From: Mobula hypostoma
Taxonomy: Eukaryota
Length of the DNA: 64,000 nucleotides
Direction of reading: 5' to 3'
Assembly: GCF_963921235.1 (NCBI RefSeq)
Contig: NC_086098.1
Coordinates: 5,270,001 to 5,334,000 of the forward strand
Shown here in pieces: positions 36,984-50,785 of this stretch. The position numbers and the translations under genes were made by a program. The notes under the pieces were generated by a model. The model saw only the letters and a program-made list of their open reading frames with translations. It did not search any database and was not told where the DNA came from. Position 1 is the stretch's first letter. Each line of letters starts with the position of its first letter.

Positions 36984-37378
36984 TACTTTATACTTTATAC
37001 TTTATTGTCGCCAAACAATTGATACCAGAATGTACAATCATCACAGCGATATTTGATTCTGCGCTTCCCACTCCCTGGATTACAAATATTAACTTTTAAA
37101 AATATTAAACATAGTGAAAATTAGTAAGTATTAAACATTTAAATTATAAATCATAAATAGAAAATAAAAAAGGGAAAGTAAGGTAGTGCAAAAAACCGAG
37201 AGGCAGGTCCAGATATTTGGAGGGTATGGCCCAGATCCGGGTCAGGATCCGTTCAGCAGTCTTATCACAGTTGGAAAGAAGCTGTTCCCAAATCTGGCCG
37301 TACGAGTCTTCAAGTTCCTGAGCCTTCTCCCGGAGGGAAGAGGAACGAAAAGTGTGTTGGCTGGGTGGGTCGTGTCGT
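36984..37378 (-). mobile_element. Rex1-type LINE 3' end
   Basis: Minus strand reads LLPSGRRLRNLKTRTARFGNSFFPTVIRLLN. (TACTTTA)n tail on plus strand. Confidence 0.75.
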
Positions 37379-37379
37379 G

Positions 37380-38730
37380 ATACATTTCCCTCTCAAATTC
37401 ATTCCCCTGCCTTCTCCCCATAGTCTTTCATGTCCCATCTAATCAAGAAACTATCAACCTATGTCTCAAATACACTCAAGGAACCTGTCCTCCACAGCTA
37501 CCTGTGGCAATTAATTCCACAGATTCACCACCCAACTGCCTAAAGAAATTTCTCCTCATTTCTGTTCTAAACGGACGTTTGACCCTAGGCTCTCCCACTA
37601 CATTCTCTTCACCTCCTCTTCATTATCTTTACATCCACTCTTCTAGTCCTTTCACCATTCAATAGTTTTCAATGAGGTCACCCCTCATTCTTCTAAATTC
37701 CAGTGAGTAAAGGGACAGAGCTATTAATTGCTCCTCACATGATAAGCCTTTCATTCCCAGAATCATTCTTATAAACCTCCTCAAACCCTTTATAATGTCA
37801 ACCCATCCTTTCTTAATTAAGAGGCTCAAAACTGCTCACAATACTAACAACTGAGGCCTCACCAGTGCCTTATAAAGCCTCAGCGTCCTTGCTTTTATAT
37901 TCTAGTCCCCTTGAAATGAATTCTAACATTGCATTTACCTTCCTCACCACCAACTCAACCTGCAAATTAACCTTTAGGGAATCCTGCACAAGGACTCCAT
38001 AGTCCCTTTGCATCTTGCTTTTTGATTCTTCTCCCCATTTAGAAAATAAAATGTATTTATTCCTTCTACCAAAGTGCATGACTGTACACTTCTCAACATT
38101 ATATTCCATCTGCCACTTATTTGCCCAATCATTCTAAGTCCTTCTGCAAGACACCCTGTTTCCTCAACTCTACCTGTCCCTCCACCTTTTTCAAATCATC
38201 CACAAATTAGGCCACTAAACCATCATTTCCAGCATCCAAATCATTGACATATAACGTAAAAAGAGGCGGTCCCAACACGAACCCCTCTGGTACACCACTA
38301 GTCACCGGCAGAAAAGGCTGCCTTTATTCCCACTCTTTGTCTCCTGCCCAACAGCTAATGCTCTACCCATGCTTGTATCTTTCCTGTAATACCATGGGCC
38401 CTTATCTTAGCAGTTTCATGCATGGCACCTTGTCTCTGAAACCACATCATTAACAATGGACTCCCAACAACTTCCCAATTACTGAGGTCAGACTAAATGG
38501 CCTATAGTTTCCTTTCTTTTGGCTCCCTCCCTTCTTGAAGAGTGTTTGACATTGCTATTTTCATCATTCCAGGATCCAGTGATTCTTGAAAGATCATTTC
38601 TCATGCCTCCATATTCTTCAGCTATCTCTTTCAGAACCCTAGGGAATCATCCAGCTAGTCCAGTAGACTTATCGGTTTCCCACCCTCTCCCTAGTAATAG
38701 CAACTGCACTCACTTCTGACCCCTATCTCA
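37380..38730 (-). mobile_element. Old CR1 RT fragment
   Basis: Degenerate CR1 RT motifs (ORF 37870-38109). Confidence 0.7.
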
Positions 38731-39119
38731 GAGTTGGCTGTGGTCGGGTGCATCCAATGCATCGGCAGTTGTCGGCGCCTGCAGGTTTATGGCAGGGAGA
38801 GTTTCTCCCTTTTGCCGCCTGCTATCAGGACTATCGGGAGTCGATCGGAACTTTGAGACTTTTTTTTACCATGCCCATGGTTTGCTCTTTATCAAATTAT
38901 GGTATTGCTTTGCACTGCTGTAACTATATGTTATAATTATGTGTTTTTGTCAGTGTTAGTCTTTGGTTTGATATCATTCTGGAGGAACATTGTATCATTT
39001 CTTAATGCATGCATTTCTAAATGGCAATAAACGAGGACTGAATGTCCTTATAATCTAACACTCTAGAACCTTCGGCATACTGCTAGTGTTTTCTACAATG
39101 AAGCTTGTTTGGAAATACT

Positions 39120-39955
39120 TAAAAACAAGAGAAATCTGCAGATGCTGGAAATCCAGACCAACACACACAAAATGCTGGAAGAACTCAGCAGGCCAGGCAG
39201 CATCTATGGAAAAGGGTACAGTTGAACTTTCAGGTCAAGATCCTTCGGCAGGACTGGTGCTCCCGGTGTGGCCTGCTGTATATTGGTGAGACCCAGTGTA
39301 GATTGGGAAAGTGCTTCACCGAACACCTATGCTCCGTCTGCCAGAAGAAGCAGGATCTCCCAGTGGCCACCCATTTTAATTCCACTTCCCAATCCCATTC
39401 CGATATGTTTATCCATGGCTTCCTTGTGATGAGGTCACACTCAGGTTGGAGGAACAGCACCTTATATTCTGTCTAGATAGACTCCAACCTGATGGCATGA
39501 GCATCATGCCCTTCACCATGATTTCTTGAACTTCTGGTAAAGCCCATCCTGCCCTTCACCATTCACCATCCCCCATTCCCTTTTCCCTCTCTCACCCTAT
39601 CTCCTCACCTGCCCATCGCCTCCCTCTGGTGCTCCTCCCCCTTTTCTTTCTTCCATGGCCTTCTGACCTCTCTGATCAGACTCCCCCTTCTCCAGCCCTG
39701 TATCTCTACACCAATCAACTTTTCAGCTCTTTACTTCATCCCTCCCCTCCTGGTTTCACCTATCACTTTGTGTTTCTCTCTCCCCTCCCCCATCTTTAAA
39801 ATCTACTCCTCATCTTTTTTCTCTCGAGTCCTGCCGAAGGGTCACGGCCTGAAATATCGACTGCACACTTTTCCACAGACGCCGTCTGACCTGCTGAGTT
39901 CCTCCAGCATTTTGTGTGTGAGTCGCTTTGGATTTCCAGCATCCACAGAATCTCT
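39120..39955 (+). mobile_element. Penelope-like 3' fragment with inverted terminal copy
   Basis: CSRCGLLYIGET GIY-YIG motif. pLTR ends in opposite orientation at 39125-39255 and 39825-39955. Confidence 0.82.
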
Positions 39956-40899
39956 TGTTAGTGTTCTCATCCAATCAACTTTTGCAAATTCCACTCTCAT
40001 GTCTCTGTAATTCCCTTTACTCCAGTGTAATACTGATACATCTGACTTTGGCTTCTCCCTCTCAAATTGTAGTGTGAATTCTATCATATTATGATCAGTG
40101 CTTCCTAAGAAGTTCCATAATCAAGTCCGGTTTATTATACAACAACCAATCCTGAATAGCTGACCCCTAGAGTGCTCAACAACAAGTTGCTCTAAAAAGC
40201 CAACTTGTATGCATTGTAAAAATTCTGACTCTTGGGATCTATCTGGTTACTTATGTCTGATTTTCTCAATCCACCTGCATATTGAAATCCCACGTGACTA
40301 TCATAACATTGCCCTTTTGGCATGCCTTTTCTATCTCCCTTTGTAACTTGTAGCCCACATCCTGGCTTCTGTTTGTAAGTATGTATATAATCAGGGTCTT
40401 TTTATCGTTGCAGTTTGTTAACTCTATCCACAAGGATTCTACATCTTTCAATGCTATGTCACCTCTTTCTAAGGACTTGATTTCATAGAAACATAGAAAA
40501 CCTACAGCACAATACAGGCCCTTTGGCCCACAAAGCTGTGCCGAACATGTCCTTATCTTAGAACTACCTAGGCTTTACCCATAGCCCTCTATTTTTTTAA
40601 GGTCCATGTATCCATCCAGGAGTCTCTTAAAAGACCCTATCGTTTCCGCCTCCACCACCGCCGCCGGCAACCCATTCCACGCACTCACCACTCTCTGTGT
40701 AAAAAAACTTACCCCTGACATCTATCCTTGGATGTTAAGCTCCCAACTATAATTTTCTCTCAGGCATGACTCAGCGATGCTATCATCTTCATACCTGCCA
40801 GTTTCTAACTACAAGATCATATATCTTTTTCCATATACAGCCTGCATTCAAATATAACTCCTTCAGTCTTTTCATCACACTTTTCAATTTTGTCCCCTT

Positions 40900-41400
40900 G
40901 TTACAAGAGCTAGTAAGAGATTTGAAAGTTGGAGGGGGTGGGGGAGATCCGAAATGATAGGAGAAGACAGGAGGGGGAGAGATGGAGCCAAGAGCTGGAC
41001 AGTTGATTGGCAAAAGGGATATGAGAGGTTCATGGGACAGGAGGCCTAGGGAGAAAGAAAAGGGGGAGGGGGGAAGCCCAGAGGATGGGCAAATGGTATA
41101 GTGATAGGGACAGAGGGAGAAAAAAGAGAGAGAGAAAATTAAAAAAATATAATAAAATATATAATAATAAATAAACAAATAAATAAATAAATGAATAATG
41201 GATGGGGTACGAAGGGGAGGTGGGGCATTAACGGAAGTTAGAGAAGTCAATGTTCATGCCATCAGGTTGGAGGCTACCCAGATGGAATATAAGGTGTTGT
41301 TCCTCCAACCTGGGTCCCATTCCCATTCTGATATGTCTATCCACAGCCTCCTCCACCTCTACCGTCAAGATGAAGCCACACTCAGGTTGGAGGAACATCA
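40900..41400 (-). mobile_element. Penelope-like 3' fragment (partly inverted)
   Basis: Pyrimidine-rich 3'UTR and EEQHLIFHLGSLQPDGMNIDFSNFR end of the GIY-YIG ORF. Confidence 0.7.
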
Positions 41401-41419
41401 CTTCTTTAGTTTAGAGGTA

Positions 41420-41633
41420 CGGAACAGTAACAGGCCCTTCTGGGCCACATTGCCCAATTATACCCATGTGACCAATTAACCCACCGACTGTGGGAGGAAA
41501 CTGGAGTTCCCGGAGGAAATCCGTGCGGTCACCGGGAGAACGTACAACCTCCTTATGGGGGCAGTGGTGGGAGTCGAACCCCAGTCGCCAGCGCTTTAAA
41601 GCAATGTGCTAACCACTACATTACCATGTTGCC
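41420..41633 (-). mobile_element. HE1/V-type tRNA SINE
   Basis: A/B boxes (TAGTGG, GGTTCGACTCCC) and V-domain GTTCTCCC...TTTCCTCCGGG...TTTCCTCCCAC. Confidence 0.75.
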
Positions 41634-41864
41634 CAGCAGCAAATTCCCGGCACCGAACATGCTCAATAAATTTTAAAAATTGCTTCATAACTCTCCTTTA
41701 ACTTTCCCCATGTCACCTTAAACCTAACTCTACAGCATTTGACAATTAACTATGCAAAAGAGTTTTAACTTCCCACTTACCTTCTCATTCTTTGTGTACA
41801 ATCACCGTTTAAATTTATTGTTCTTTGGATCTCTTGCCAGGCTTTTCTTAAATTAACAAAATAA

Positions 41865-42412
41865 ACTTTATTTATAATAGAACTTATTTACAAGAATAAG
41901 CTGTGAAATGCATTTTCATTCTTACATTCCATAAGACCATAAGACCCATTTGGCCCATTGAGTCTACTCTGCCATTTTGTCTTGGCTGATCCTTATCCTT
42001 ATCAATTCCAATCTCCTGCTTTCTTTACTAATCAAGAATATTTCAATCTCTACTTTAGATATACCCAGTGACTTGTCCTCCACAATGAATTTCACAGATT
42101 CACCACCCGCTGGCTGAAGAAATTCCTCCTCTTCATAGTCAATACTTTCAGAAGTGTTCTCTTACATTCCTTAAAAGGACTGTTGCCACTCATGTGCCCC
42201 CCCCCGTCAGATGCTACACTAACTACTACATTAACTTGAAGGGCTCCTTCATCCAACCCGGCCCTTCCGTCTCCAGCAGGAGAAGAAGCCTACACTGTGG
42301 GGCTCTCCTACTAAGCTTCAGTGCGTCGTTGAGCCCAAACTCGTGCAGCCTGCGCTGTGCCAGCCAGCCGCATTCCTCCATAGGCATCTCGATGTCCCGG
42401 CAGACCAAAGGC
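41865..42412 (-). mobile_element. Tx1/L1-like LINE 3' end
   Basis: LVCRDIEMPMEECGWLAQRRLHEFGLNDALKL resembles a Tx1 ORF2 end. Minus-strand AATAAA near 41870. Confidence 0.5.
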
Positions 42413-43044
42413 CCACTTTCACCGAGGAGATAATCTGCCTTGGGTGGAGGGGTGGGGAATCACCTGCACCAAAGGAGGTGTGAGGTGCTCCTTCCCTCTG
42501 CTAGCCTGCAGGTCACCCTTGGACAAGTTGTAGGTCCTGCTTAGCCCCCAGAACAAGGTCCTATGGACCCATGGGAGCAAGTGGTGGGTGATCGTATGCG
42601 AAAGTCATGGTTATGTGATCACTGATGCTAGACGGACAATCTCTGAAAAGTATTGATAATGGCTGGGATCACCCATCTTGTAAAGACACTGCCCAGAAGA
42701 AAGCAATGGCAAATCACTTCAGTAGTAAAGTTTGCCAAGAGTAATCATGGTCACCCACATCATACGGTGTGACACATACGGAACAAATGAATGATGGTCT
42801 GCCAGCAGCACTTAGTGTCTGTCTCCATGTGTGTCACTGGGAAAAGCCCATAGATCATACCAGCCTTGACGTGCTGTGGCATCAGATGGTAAACTCCCTT
42901 GCATGACACTGAAGGATCTCAGTAACACAGATTTATTCTTCTGGACTTCTATGTCAGGCAATTCCTTGCACCTGTCCACATTTCATGGTGGGTGTGTGGA
43001 GCTCCAGGAATGGTTAATCAATAATGGACCTGATCAGAAACACT

Positions 43045-44660
43045 GGTGGGGTCATTATCATTCACTGGCTGGTGAAAGTATCATTTACTGGCTGGAGTTA
43101 GTACCATTCACTGGCTGGTTATCACCACTCACTAGCTGGTTATTACTATTCACTGGCTGGTGTCATTACCATTCACTGGCTTGTCCATATCTTACACTGG
43201 CTTGTCAATATCATTCACTGGCAGGAGTCAGTATCACTCACTGTCTGGTCATTACCATTCACTGGCAGGAGTCATTACCATTCTCTGGCAGGAGTCAGTA
43301 TCACTCACTGTTTGGTCATTACCATTCACTGGTAGGAGTCAGTATCATTCACTGGCTGGAGTCATTACCATTCACTGGCTTTTCCGTATCTTACACTGGC
43401 TTGTCAGTATCATTCACTGGCAGGAGTCAGTATCATTTACTGGCAGGAGTCAGTATCATTCACTGGCTGGAGTTATTACCATTCACTGGCAGGAGTCATT
43501 ATCATTCACTGGCAGGAGTCAGTATCATTCACTGGCAGGAGTCATTACCATTCACTGGCAGGAGTTATTACCATTCACTGGCAGGAGTCAGTATCATTCA
43601 CTGGCAGGAGTCAGCATCATTTACTGGCAGGAGTCAGTATCATTCACTGGCAGGAGTCAGTATCATTCACTGGCTGGAGTCAGTATCATTCACTGGCAGG
43701 AGTCAGTATCATTCACTGGCTGGAGTCATTACCATTCACTGGCAGGAGTCATTACCATTCACTGGCTTTTCTGTATCTTACACTGGCTTGTCAGTATCAT
43801 TCACTGGCAGGAGTCCGTATCATTTACTGGCAGGAGTCAGTATCATTCACTGGCTGGAGTTATTACCATTCACTGGCAGGAGTCATTATCATTCACTGGC
43901 AGGAGTCAGTATCATTCACTGGCAGGAGTCATTACCATTCACTGGCAGGAGTCAGTATCATTCACTGGCTGGAGTCATTACCATTCACTGGCAGGAGTCA
44001 GTATCATTCACTGGCTGGAGTTATTACCATTCACTGGCAGGAGTCAGTATCATTCACTGGCAGGAGTCAGCATCATTTACTGGCAGGAGTCAGTATCATT
44101 CACTGGCAGGAGTCAGTATCATTCACTGGCAGGAGTCATTACCATTCACTGGCAGGAGCCAGTATCATTCACTGGCTGGAGTTATTACCATTCACTGGCA
44201 GGAGTCAGTATCATTCACTGGCTGGAGTCAGTAGCATTCACTGGCAGGAGTCAGTATCATTCACTGGCAGGAGTCAGTATCATTCACTGGCTGGAGTCAT
44301 TACCATTCACTGGCAGGAGTCAGTATCATTCACTGGCAGGAGCCAGTATCATTCACTGGCTGGAGTTATTACCATTCACTGGCAGGAGTCAGTATCATTC
44401 ACTGGCCGGAGTCAGTAGCATTCACTGGCAGGAGTCAGTATCATTCACTGGCAGGAGTCAGTATCATTCACTGGCTGGAGTCATTACCATTCACTGGCAG
44501 GAGTCAGTATCATTCACTGGCAGGAGTCAGTATCATTCACTGGCTGGAGTCATTACCATTCACTGGCAGGAGTCAGTATCATTCACTGGCTGGAGTCAGT
44601 ATCATTCACTGGCTGGAGTCAGTAGCATTCTCTGGCTGGTTATTACTATTCACTGGCTGG
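43045..44660. repeat. 23-bp minisatellite (TCAGTATCATTCACTGGCAGGAG)n
   Basis: Dozens of near-identical tandem units, degenerate at the edges. Continues at ~45001-45128 and ~46840-47020. Confidence 0.95.
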
Positions 44661-44664
44661 TCAT

Positions 44665-45000
44665 TGCCATGAAAGGTGCTTGCACAGTCACGAACGTGGA
44701 ACAGATAACCAGGGTAGTCTTGACCCGGAGATGAGGTTTTTTTAGAATATCTAGAGACTGGAGATGAACTTAGAACTAAGGGTCCTAAGTGATCGGGAAA
44801 CGAGGTTAACACGCAGGAATCGACCAACGAACTGGCGACCCGTGGTTGTGACGCCAGAGTTCTTATCCTGCAGTCTCTGATGGAAAACAGGTGCGCTGTA
44901 ATTATGTGAACTAGCAGCAATTGAGAATCTAACGACTGGAATTAAAGCATAATCAAGGAGATAGGAGCGAGATGGGGGACAGCCAGACGGGATCATGACA
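44665..45000 (-). mobile_element. Probable short solo LTR in the minisatellite
   Basis: TGCCATG...CATGACA termini. No exact TSD found. Confidence 0.45.
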
Positions 45001-45128
45001 GTACCATCACTGTCAGGTCATCACTGCTCACTAGCTAGTTATTTCTATTCACTGGTAGGTGTCAATAGCATTCACTGGTTGGTCAGTATCTTTCACTTGC
45101 GAGAGTCAGTACTGTTCACTGGCAGGTC

Positions 45129-46840
45129 AGAAAGTGAGCGAGGTCCTCAATGAATACTTCTCTTTGGTATTCACCAATGAGAGGGAACTTAATGATGGTG
45201 AGGACAATATGAGTAAGGTTGATGTTCTGGAGCATGTTGATATTAAGGGAGAGGAGGTGTTGGAGTTGTTAAAATACATTAGGACGGATAAGTCCCTGGG
45301 GCCTGATGGAATATTCCCCAGTCTGCTCCATGAGGTGAGGGAAGAGATTGCTGAGCCTCTGGCTAGGATCTTTATGTCCTCGTTGTCCACAGGAATGGTA
45401 CCGGAAGATTTGAGGGAGGTGAATGTTGTCCCCTTGTTCAAAAAAGGTAGAAGGAATAGTCCGGGTAATTATAGACCAGTGAGCCTTACGTCTGTGGTGG
45501 GAAGGCTGTTGGAAAAGATTCTTAGAGATAGGATCTATGGGCATTTAGAGAATCATGGTCTGATCAGGGACAGTCAGCATGGCTTTGTGAAGGGCAGATC
45601 GTATCTAACAAGCCTGATAGAGTTCTTTGAGGAGGTGACCGGGCATATAGATGAGGGTAGTGCAGTGGATGTGATCTGTATGGATTTTAGTAAGGCATTT
45701 GACAAGGTTCCACATGGTAGGCTTATTCAGAAAGTCAGAAGGCATGGGATCCAGGGAAGTTTGGCCAGGTGGATTCAGAATTGGCTTGCCTGCAGAAAGC
45801 AGAGGGTCGTAATTGAGGGAGTACATTCAGATTGGAGGATTGTGACTAGTGGTGTCCCACAGGGATCTGTTCAGGGACCTCAACTTTTCGTGATTTTTAT
45901 TAACGACCTGGATGTTGGGGAAGAAGGGTGGGTTGGCAAGTTTGCAGATGACACAAAGGTTGGTGGTGTTGTAGATAGTGTAGAGGATTGTTGAAGATTG
46001 CAGAGAGACATTGATAGGATGCAGAAGTGGTCTGAGAAGTGGCAGATGGAGTTCAACCCGGAGAAGTGTGAGGTGGTACACTTTGGAAGGACAAACTCCA
46101 AGGCAGAGTACAAAGTAAATGGCAGGATACTTGGTAGTGTGGAGGCGCAGAGGGATCTGGGGGTACATGTCCACAGATCCCTGAAAGTTGCCTCACAGGT
46201 AGATAGGGTAGTTAAGAAAGCTTATGGGGTGTTAGCTTTCATAAGTTGAAGGATAGGGTTTAAGAGCCGCGATGTAATGATGCAGCTCTATAAAACTCTG
46301 GTTAGGCCACACTTGGAGTACTGTGTCCAGTTCTGGTCGCCTCAGTATAGGAAGGATGTGGAAGCATTGGAAAGAGTACAGAGGAGATTTACCAGGATGC
46401 TGCCTGGTTTAGAGAGTATGCATTATGATCAGAGATTAAGGGAGCTAGGGCTTTACTCTTTGGAGAGAAGGAGGATGAGAGGAGACATGATAGAGGTGTA
46501 CAAGATATTAAGAGGAATAGATAGAGTGGATAGCCAGCGCCTCTTCCCAGGGCACCACTGCTCAATACAAGAGGACATGGCTTTAAGGTAAGGGGTGGGA
46601 AGTTCAAGGGGGATATTAGAGAAAGGTTTTTTACTCAGACAGTGGTTGGTGCATGGAATGCACTGCCTGAGTCAGTGGTGGAGGCAGATACACTCGTGAA
46701 GTTTAAGAGACTACTAGACAGGTATATGGAGGAACTTAAGGTGGGGGGTTATATGTAAGGCAGGGTTTGAAGGTCGGTACAACATTGTGGGCTGAAGGGC
46801 CTGTACTGTGCTGTACTATTCTCTGTTCTATGGTCTATGT
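45129..46840 (+). mobile_element. CR1 LINE 3' half (RT) inserted in the minisatellite
   Basis: ORFs 45059-45994, 45998-46249 and 46277-46591 with RT motifs. TTCTATG tail. Confidence 0.92.
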
Positions 46841-47719
46841 ATTCACTAGCAGCTGGCAGCACCATTCACTGGCTGAAGTCAGTACCATTCACTGACTGGA
46901 GTCAATACCATTCACTGACTGCTGTCAGTACTATTCACTGTCTGTTGTCAGTCTAATTCACTGGCTTGTCAGTACCATTCACTGGCGGGAGTCAGTACCA
47001 TTCACTGGCGGGAGTCAGTATGATTGAGAAATTTTGGAGAAGTCATTGATGTGAGGGTTATGGAAGGCATTAATCCTGGTGAAGATTGATGAAACTAGAC
47101 AGAATAATAGTTCGTAGAAACTACTTGTGCCAATGTGCCTGTTTCTGGACTGTAATGTTTCATGACTCTATAACTAATTAATCACCCTCTTTTTCTGAAT
47201 CAGTTTTCTCTATATTACATCGTAAATTGAGCTACTGTTGGAAAGCTGAAAGCTATTTCAACTTTTCACACTAGAGGTCTCTCTAGTCAAAGTGTTTTTA
47301 ATGAGTTCAAATGATCAGTTTCCTGGTTTCCACAAATAACTTACAGAGCGAGGAAAGGTCAGGGATGTAATCAGCAGGGAAGGTAGAAATAACAAGAACA
47401 ATGAATAACAGAAAGCATAATCCAGGTCATAAAGAGGTATGGGATGCATTTCATGACAGAAACTTTGGTGATCAGAGACACACACCAAGGTTATTGCGAG
47501 TGCCGTTGCTTCACTGGTAAATTGGCAGAGCAACTTGCTCATCCTCCATTCGACATTGCCTGGTGTTTCAGTGCAACAAAGCAACAACTTGGTGGGTCGT
47601 AGAAAAGAAGGAAAATCAATTTAGTGAGCAGACAGGAATGGTGAAAATGTGTTCCTTTATTTTTCTCCAGCTCTTGTGAACATGCTATGTGGGTGCTGGA
47701 ATGAGTGGCACGTACAATT

Positions 47720-48305
47720 TAGGCCTTGAGATACAGCACAGAACAGGCCCCTCCAGCGCTGCCCAGTAACCCCAGGTTTAACCCTAGCCAATACATGGGA
47801 CAATTTACAAAGACCAATTAACTTATCAACTGGTACATCTTCGGACTGTGGGAGGAAACTGGAGCACCCGGAGGAAACCCATGCATTCATGGGGAGAACA
47901 TAAAAACTCCTTCCAGACAGCAGAGGGAATGGAGCCCAGGTCACTGGTACTGCAAAGTACTGTGTAGATTGCCAAATAAATAAATCTGAATCCCATGGGG
48001 AAGGGAGGATTTTTCTTTCTTTAGCGATACAGTGCAAAATAGGCCCTTCTGACCCTTCAAACTGCACCGGCCTGCATCCCCAGTTTTAATCCTAGCTTAA
48101 TCACAGGACAATTTACAGTGACCAATTAACTCACTAACCAGTATGTCTTTGGACTGTGAGAGGAAACTGAAGCAACCAGAGAAAACACACATATTCCACA
48201 GGAAGGATGTATAAACTTCTTTCATCGGACACTGGGATTGACCTCTGAATTCCAACGCCCCAAGCTGTAATAGTGTTGCACTAACCGCTACAGTACTGTG
48301 GCACC
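47720..48305 (-). mobile_element. Two HE1/V-type SINEs
   Basis: GGACTGTGGGAGGAAACTGGAGCACCCGGAGGAAACCC V-domain (plus-strand view) occurs twice. Confidence 0.7.
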
Positions 48306-48769
48306 CGATTATCTGCATCTTCTGATCTGATCATCTACAGTTCTTGAAATGCTATAGGACATAGAATATAAACAACATAGAACAAAACAATGTTTTGCCT
48401 TCCTATATAAAATTACACTTCTACACAGGCTCCATTTTGCTTTCATCAATGTCCTTATCTAAAAGTCTAATTCGTTTTCCCTCTCAACACCATTCTCCTG
48501 CCTTCTCCCCATAACCTTTCATGGCCTAACTAATCATAAGTCTGTCAACCTCCGCCTTAAATGCCCCCATTGAATTGTCTCCACAGCCGTCTATGGCACT
48601 GAATTTCACAGATTGACCACTCTCAGGCTAAAGAAATTACTCCTCATCTCCATTCTAACGGACATCCCTCTATTCTGTGGCATGTGCTCTTGTCCTACAT
48701 TCCCCACTATAGGAAGCATCCTCTCCATATCCACTCTGTCTACACTTTTAACATTCAATAGGTTTCAAT

Positions 48770-49473
48770 GGGGATGTTGTGGATAGTGTGGATGTCAGAG
48801 GTTACAGCGGGACATTGATAGGATGCAAAACTGAGCTGAGAAATGGCAGATGGAGTTCAACCCAGATAAGTGTAAAGTGGTTCAAGAGCGGAGAGGTAAT
48901 GTAGCTATGCAGGACCCTGGTCAGACCCCACTTGGAGTACTGTGCTCAGTTCTGGTCAACTCACTACAGGAAGGATGTGGAAACTACAGAAAGGGTGCAG
49001 AGGAGATTTACATGGATGTTGCCTGGATTGGGGAGCATGCCTTATGAGAATAGGTTGAGTGAACTCAGCCTTTTCTCGTTGGAGCGATGGAGGATGAGAG
49101 GTGACCTGATAGAGGTGTATAAGATGATGAGAGGCATTGATCGTGTGGATAGTCAGAGGCTTTTTCCCAGGGCTGAAATGGCTAACACGAGAAGGCACAA
49201 TTTTAAGCTGCTTGGAAGTAGGTACAGAGGAGATGTTAGGGGTAGGTTTTTTACGCAGAGAGTGGTGAGTGCGTGGAATAGGCGGCCGGCGACATTGGTG
49301 GAGGCGGTTACGATAGAGTCTTTGAAGAGACTCCTGGAAAGGTACATGGAGCTTAGAGAAATAGAGGGCTATGGGTAACCCTGGGTAATTTCTAAAGTAA
49401 GGACATGATCGGCCCAGCTTTGTGGGCCGAAGGGCCTGTATTGTGCTGTAGGTTTTCTATGTTCCTATGTTTC
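48770..49473 (+). mobile_element. CR1 3' fragment nested in an older minus-strand CR1 (48440-50150)
   Basis: ORF 48932-49378 is a CR1 C-terminus. TTTCTATG tail. Confidence 0.85.
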
Positions 49474-50364
49474 AATGAAACCTTCCCTCATTCTTCTAAA
49501 TTTCAGTGAGTACAGGCTCAGAACTATAAAATGCTCCTCGTACAATAACCTTTTCATTCCTGGACTAATTTTAGTGAACCTCCTCGCAATCCAATCAATG
49601 TCAGCATGTCCTTTCTTAAATAAGGGGCATAGAATTGCTCACAATACGCCAAGTGAGGCCTCACCAGTGCCTTATACAGCCTCGACATTACATATTTGCT
49701 TTTATATTCTAGGCCTCTTGAAATGAGTGCTAACATTACATTTGTCTTACTCACAACTGACTCAACCTGTAAGCCAACCTTTGTGGAATCCTGCGCAAGG
49801 AAACACAAGTCTTTTTGCACCTTGGGTTTTTGAATTTCATGCCCATTTAGAAAATAATTTTCTGCCAAAGTATGTGACCATGCACTTCCTGTCACAGTTT
49901 TCCATCTGCCACTTTCTTCTGCAGTCTCCCTGCTTCCTCAACACTACCTGTCCCTCCACCTATCTTCATGCTGTCTGCAAGCTTGGACACATATCCATCA
50001 ATTCTATCATCCAAATCAGTGGCATAGAACGTGAAAAGGAGCAGTCCCAACAATGACTCGTGTAGAACACCATTAATCACTGGCAGCCAACCAGTGAAGG
50101 TTCCTTTTATTCCCACTCTGCCTCCTGCCAATCAGCCACTGCTCTACCTCATTCCTCTAACATGTGGTGTGTGAGCCTCACATGCAGGTCCTGCAGGCTT
50201 CGATTTAACAGACGCCACAATCTGGGCAGTTTTCAGTGGGTTCTCAAAGATAAGGTGTCCTTTGAATTCAGTTATCGTTTATAACTAACTTGTTTCTTAA
50301 CATCGGACTGCATGTGTTGTTATAGTTGTTTCAAGTTAGTTACATTACCATTTTATTTGATTAA

Positions 50365-50785
50365 TTTAGAGATACAATGCAGAACAGGCTTTCTGGGCCA
50401 CGAGCCACATTGCCCAGCATCCCACCTATTTATCCCTAGCCGAGTCGCAGGACAATTTACAATGAACAATTTTATTTATTTATTTTTATTTTATTTAGTG
50501 ATTACACTGTGGAACAGGCCTTTTTTGCCCATTGAGCCACCCCATCCCCCCCCCCCCGTGTCCCATGTATTTAACCCTAGCCCAATCACAGGAGAATTTA
50601 CAATGATCAATTAATCTACTAACCAGTACGTCTTTGGACTGTGAGAAGAACCTGGAGCATCCGGAGGAAACCCCTGGGGTCACAGGGGAGAACGTACAGA
50701 CTCCTTGCAGATGGCACCAGAGTTGAACTCTGAACTCTGATGCCCCAAGCTGTGATAGCCTCTCGCTAACTGCTACCCCACCATG
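50365..50785 (-). mobile_element. HE1/V-type SINE(s)
   Basis: V-domain and tRNA-like head as at 41420 and 47720. Confidence 0.65.

Noticed and set aside
43045..44660. CRISPR-like array
   Set aside because: Repeats are contiguous with no unique spacers, there are no cas genes, and the context is vertebrate.
42876..44734. 452-aa and 524-aa ORFs
   Set aside because: Artefacts of a stop-free 23-bp tandem repeat. The same peptide appears in different frames.
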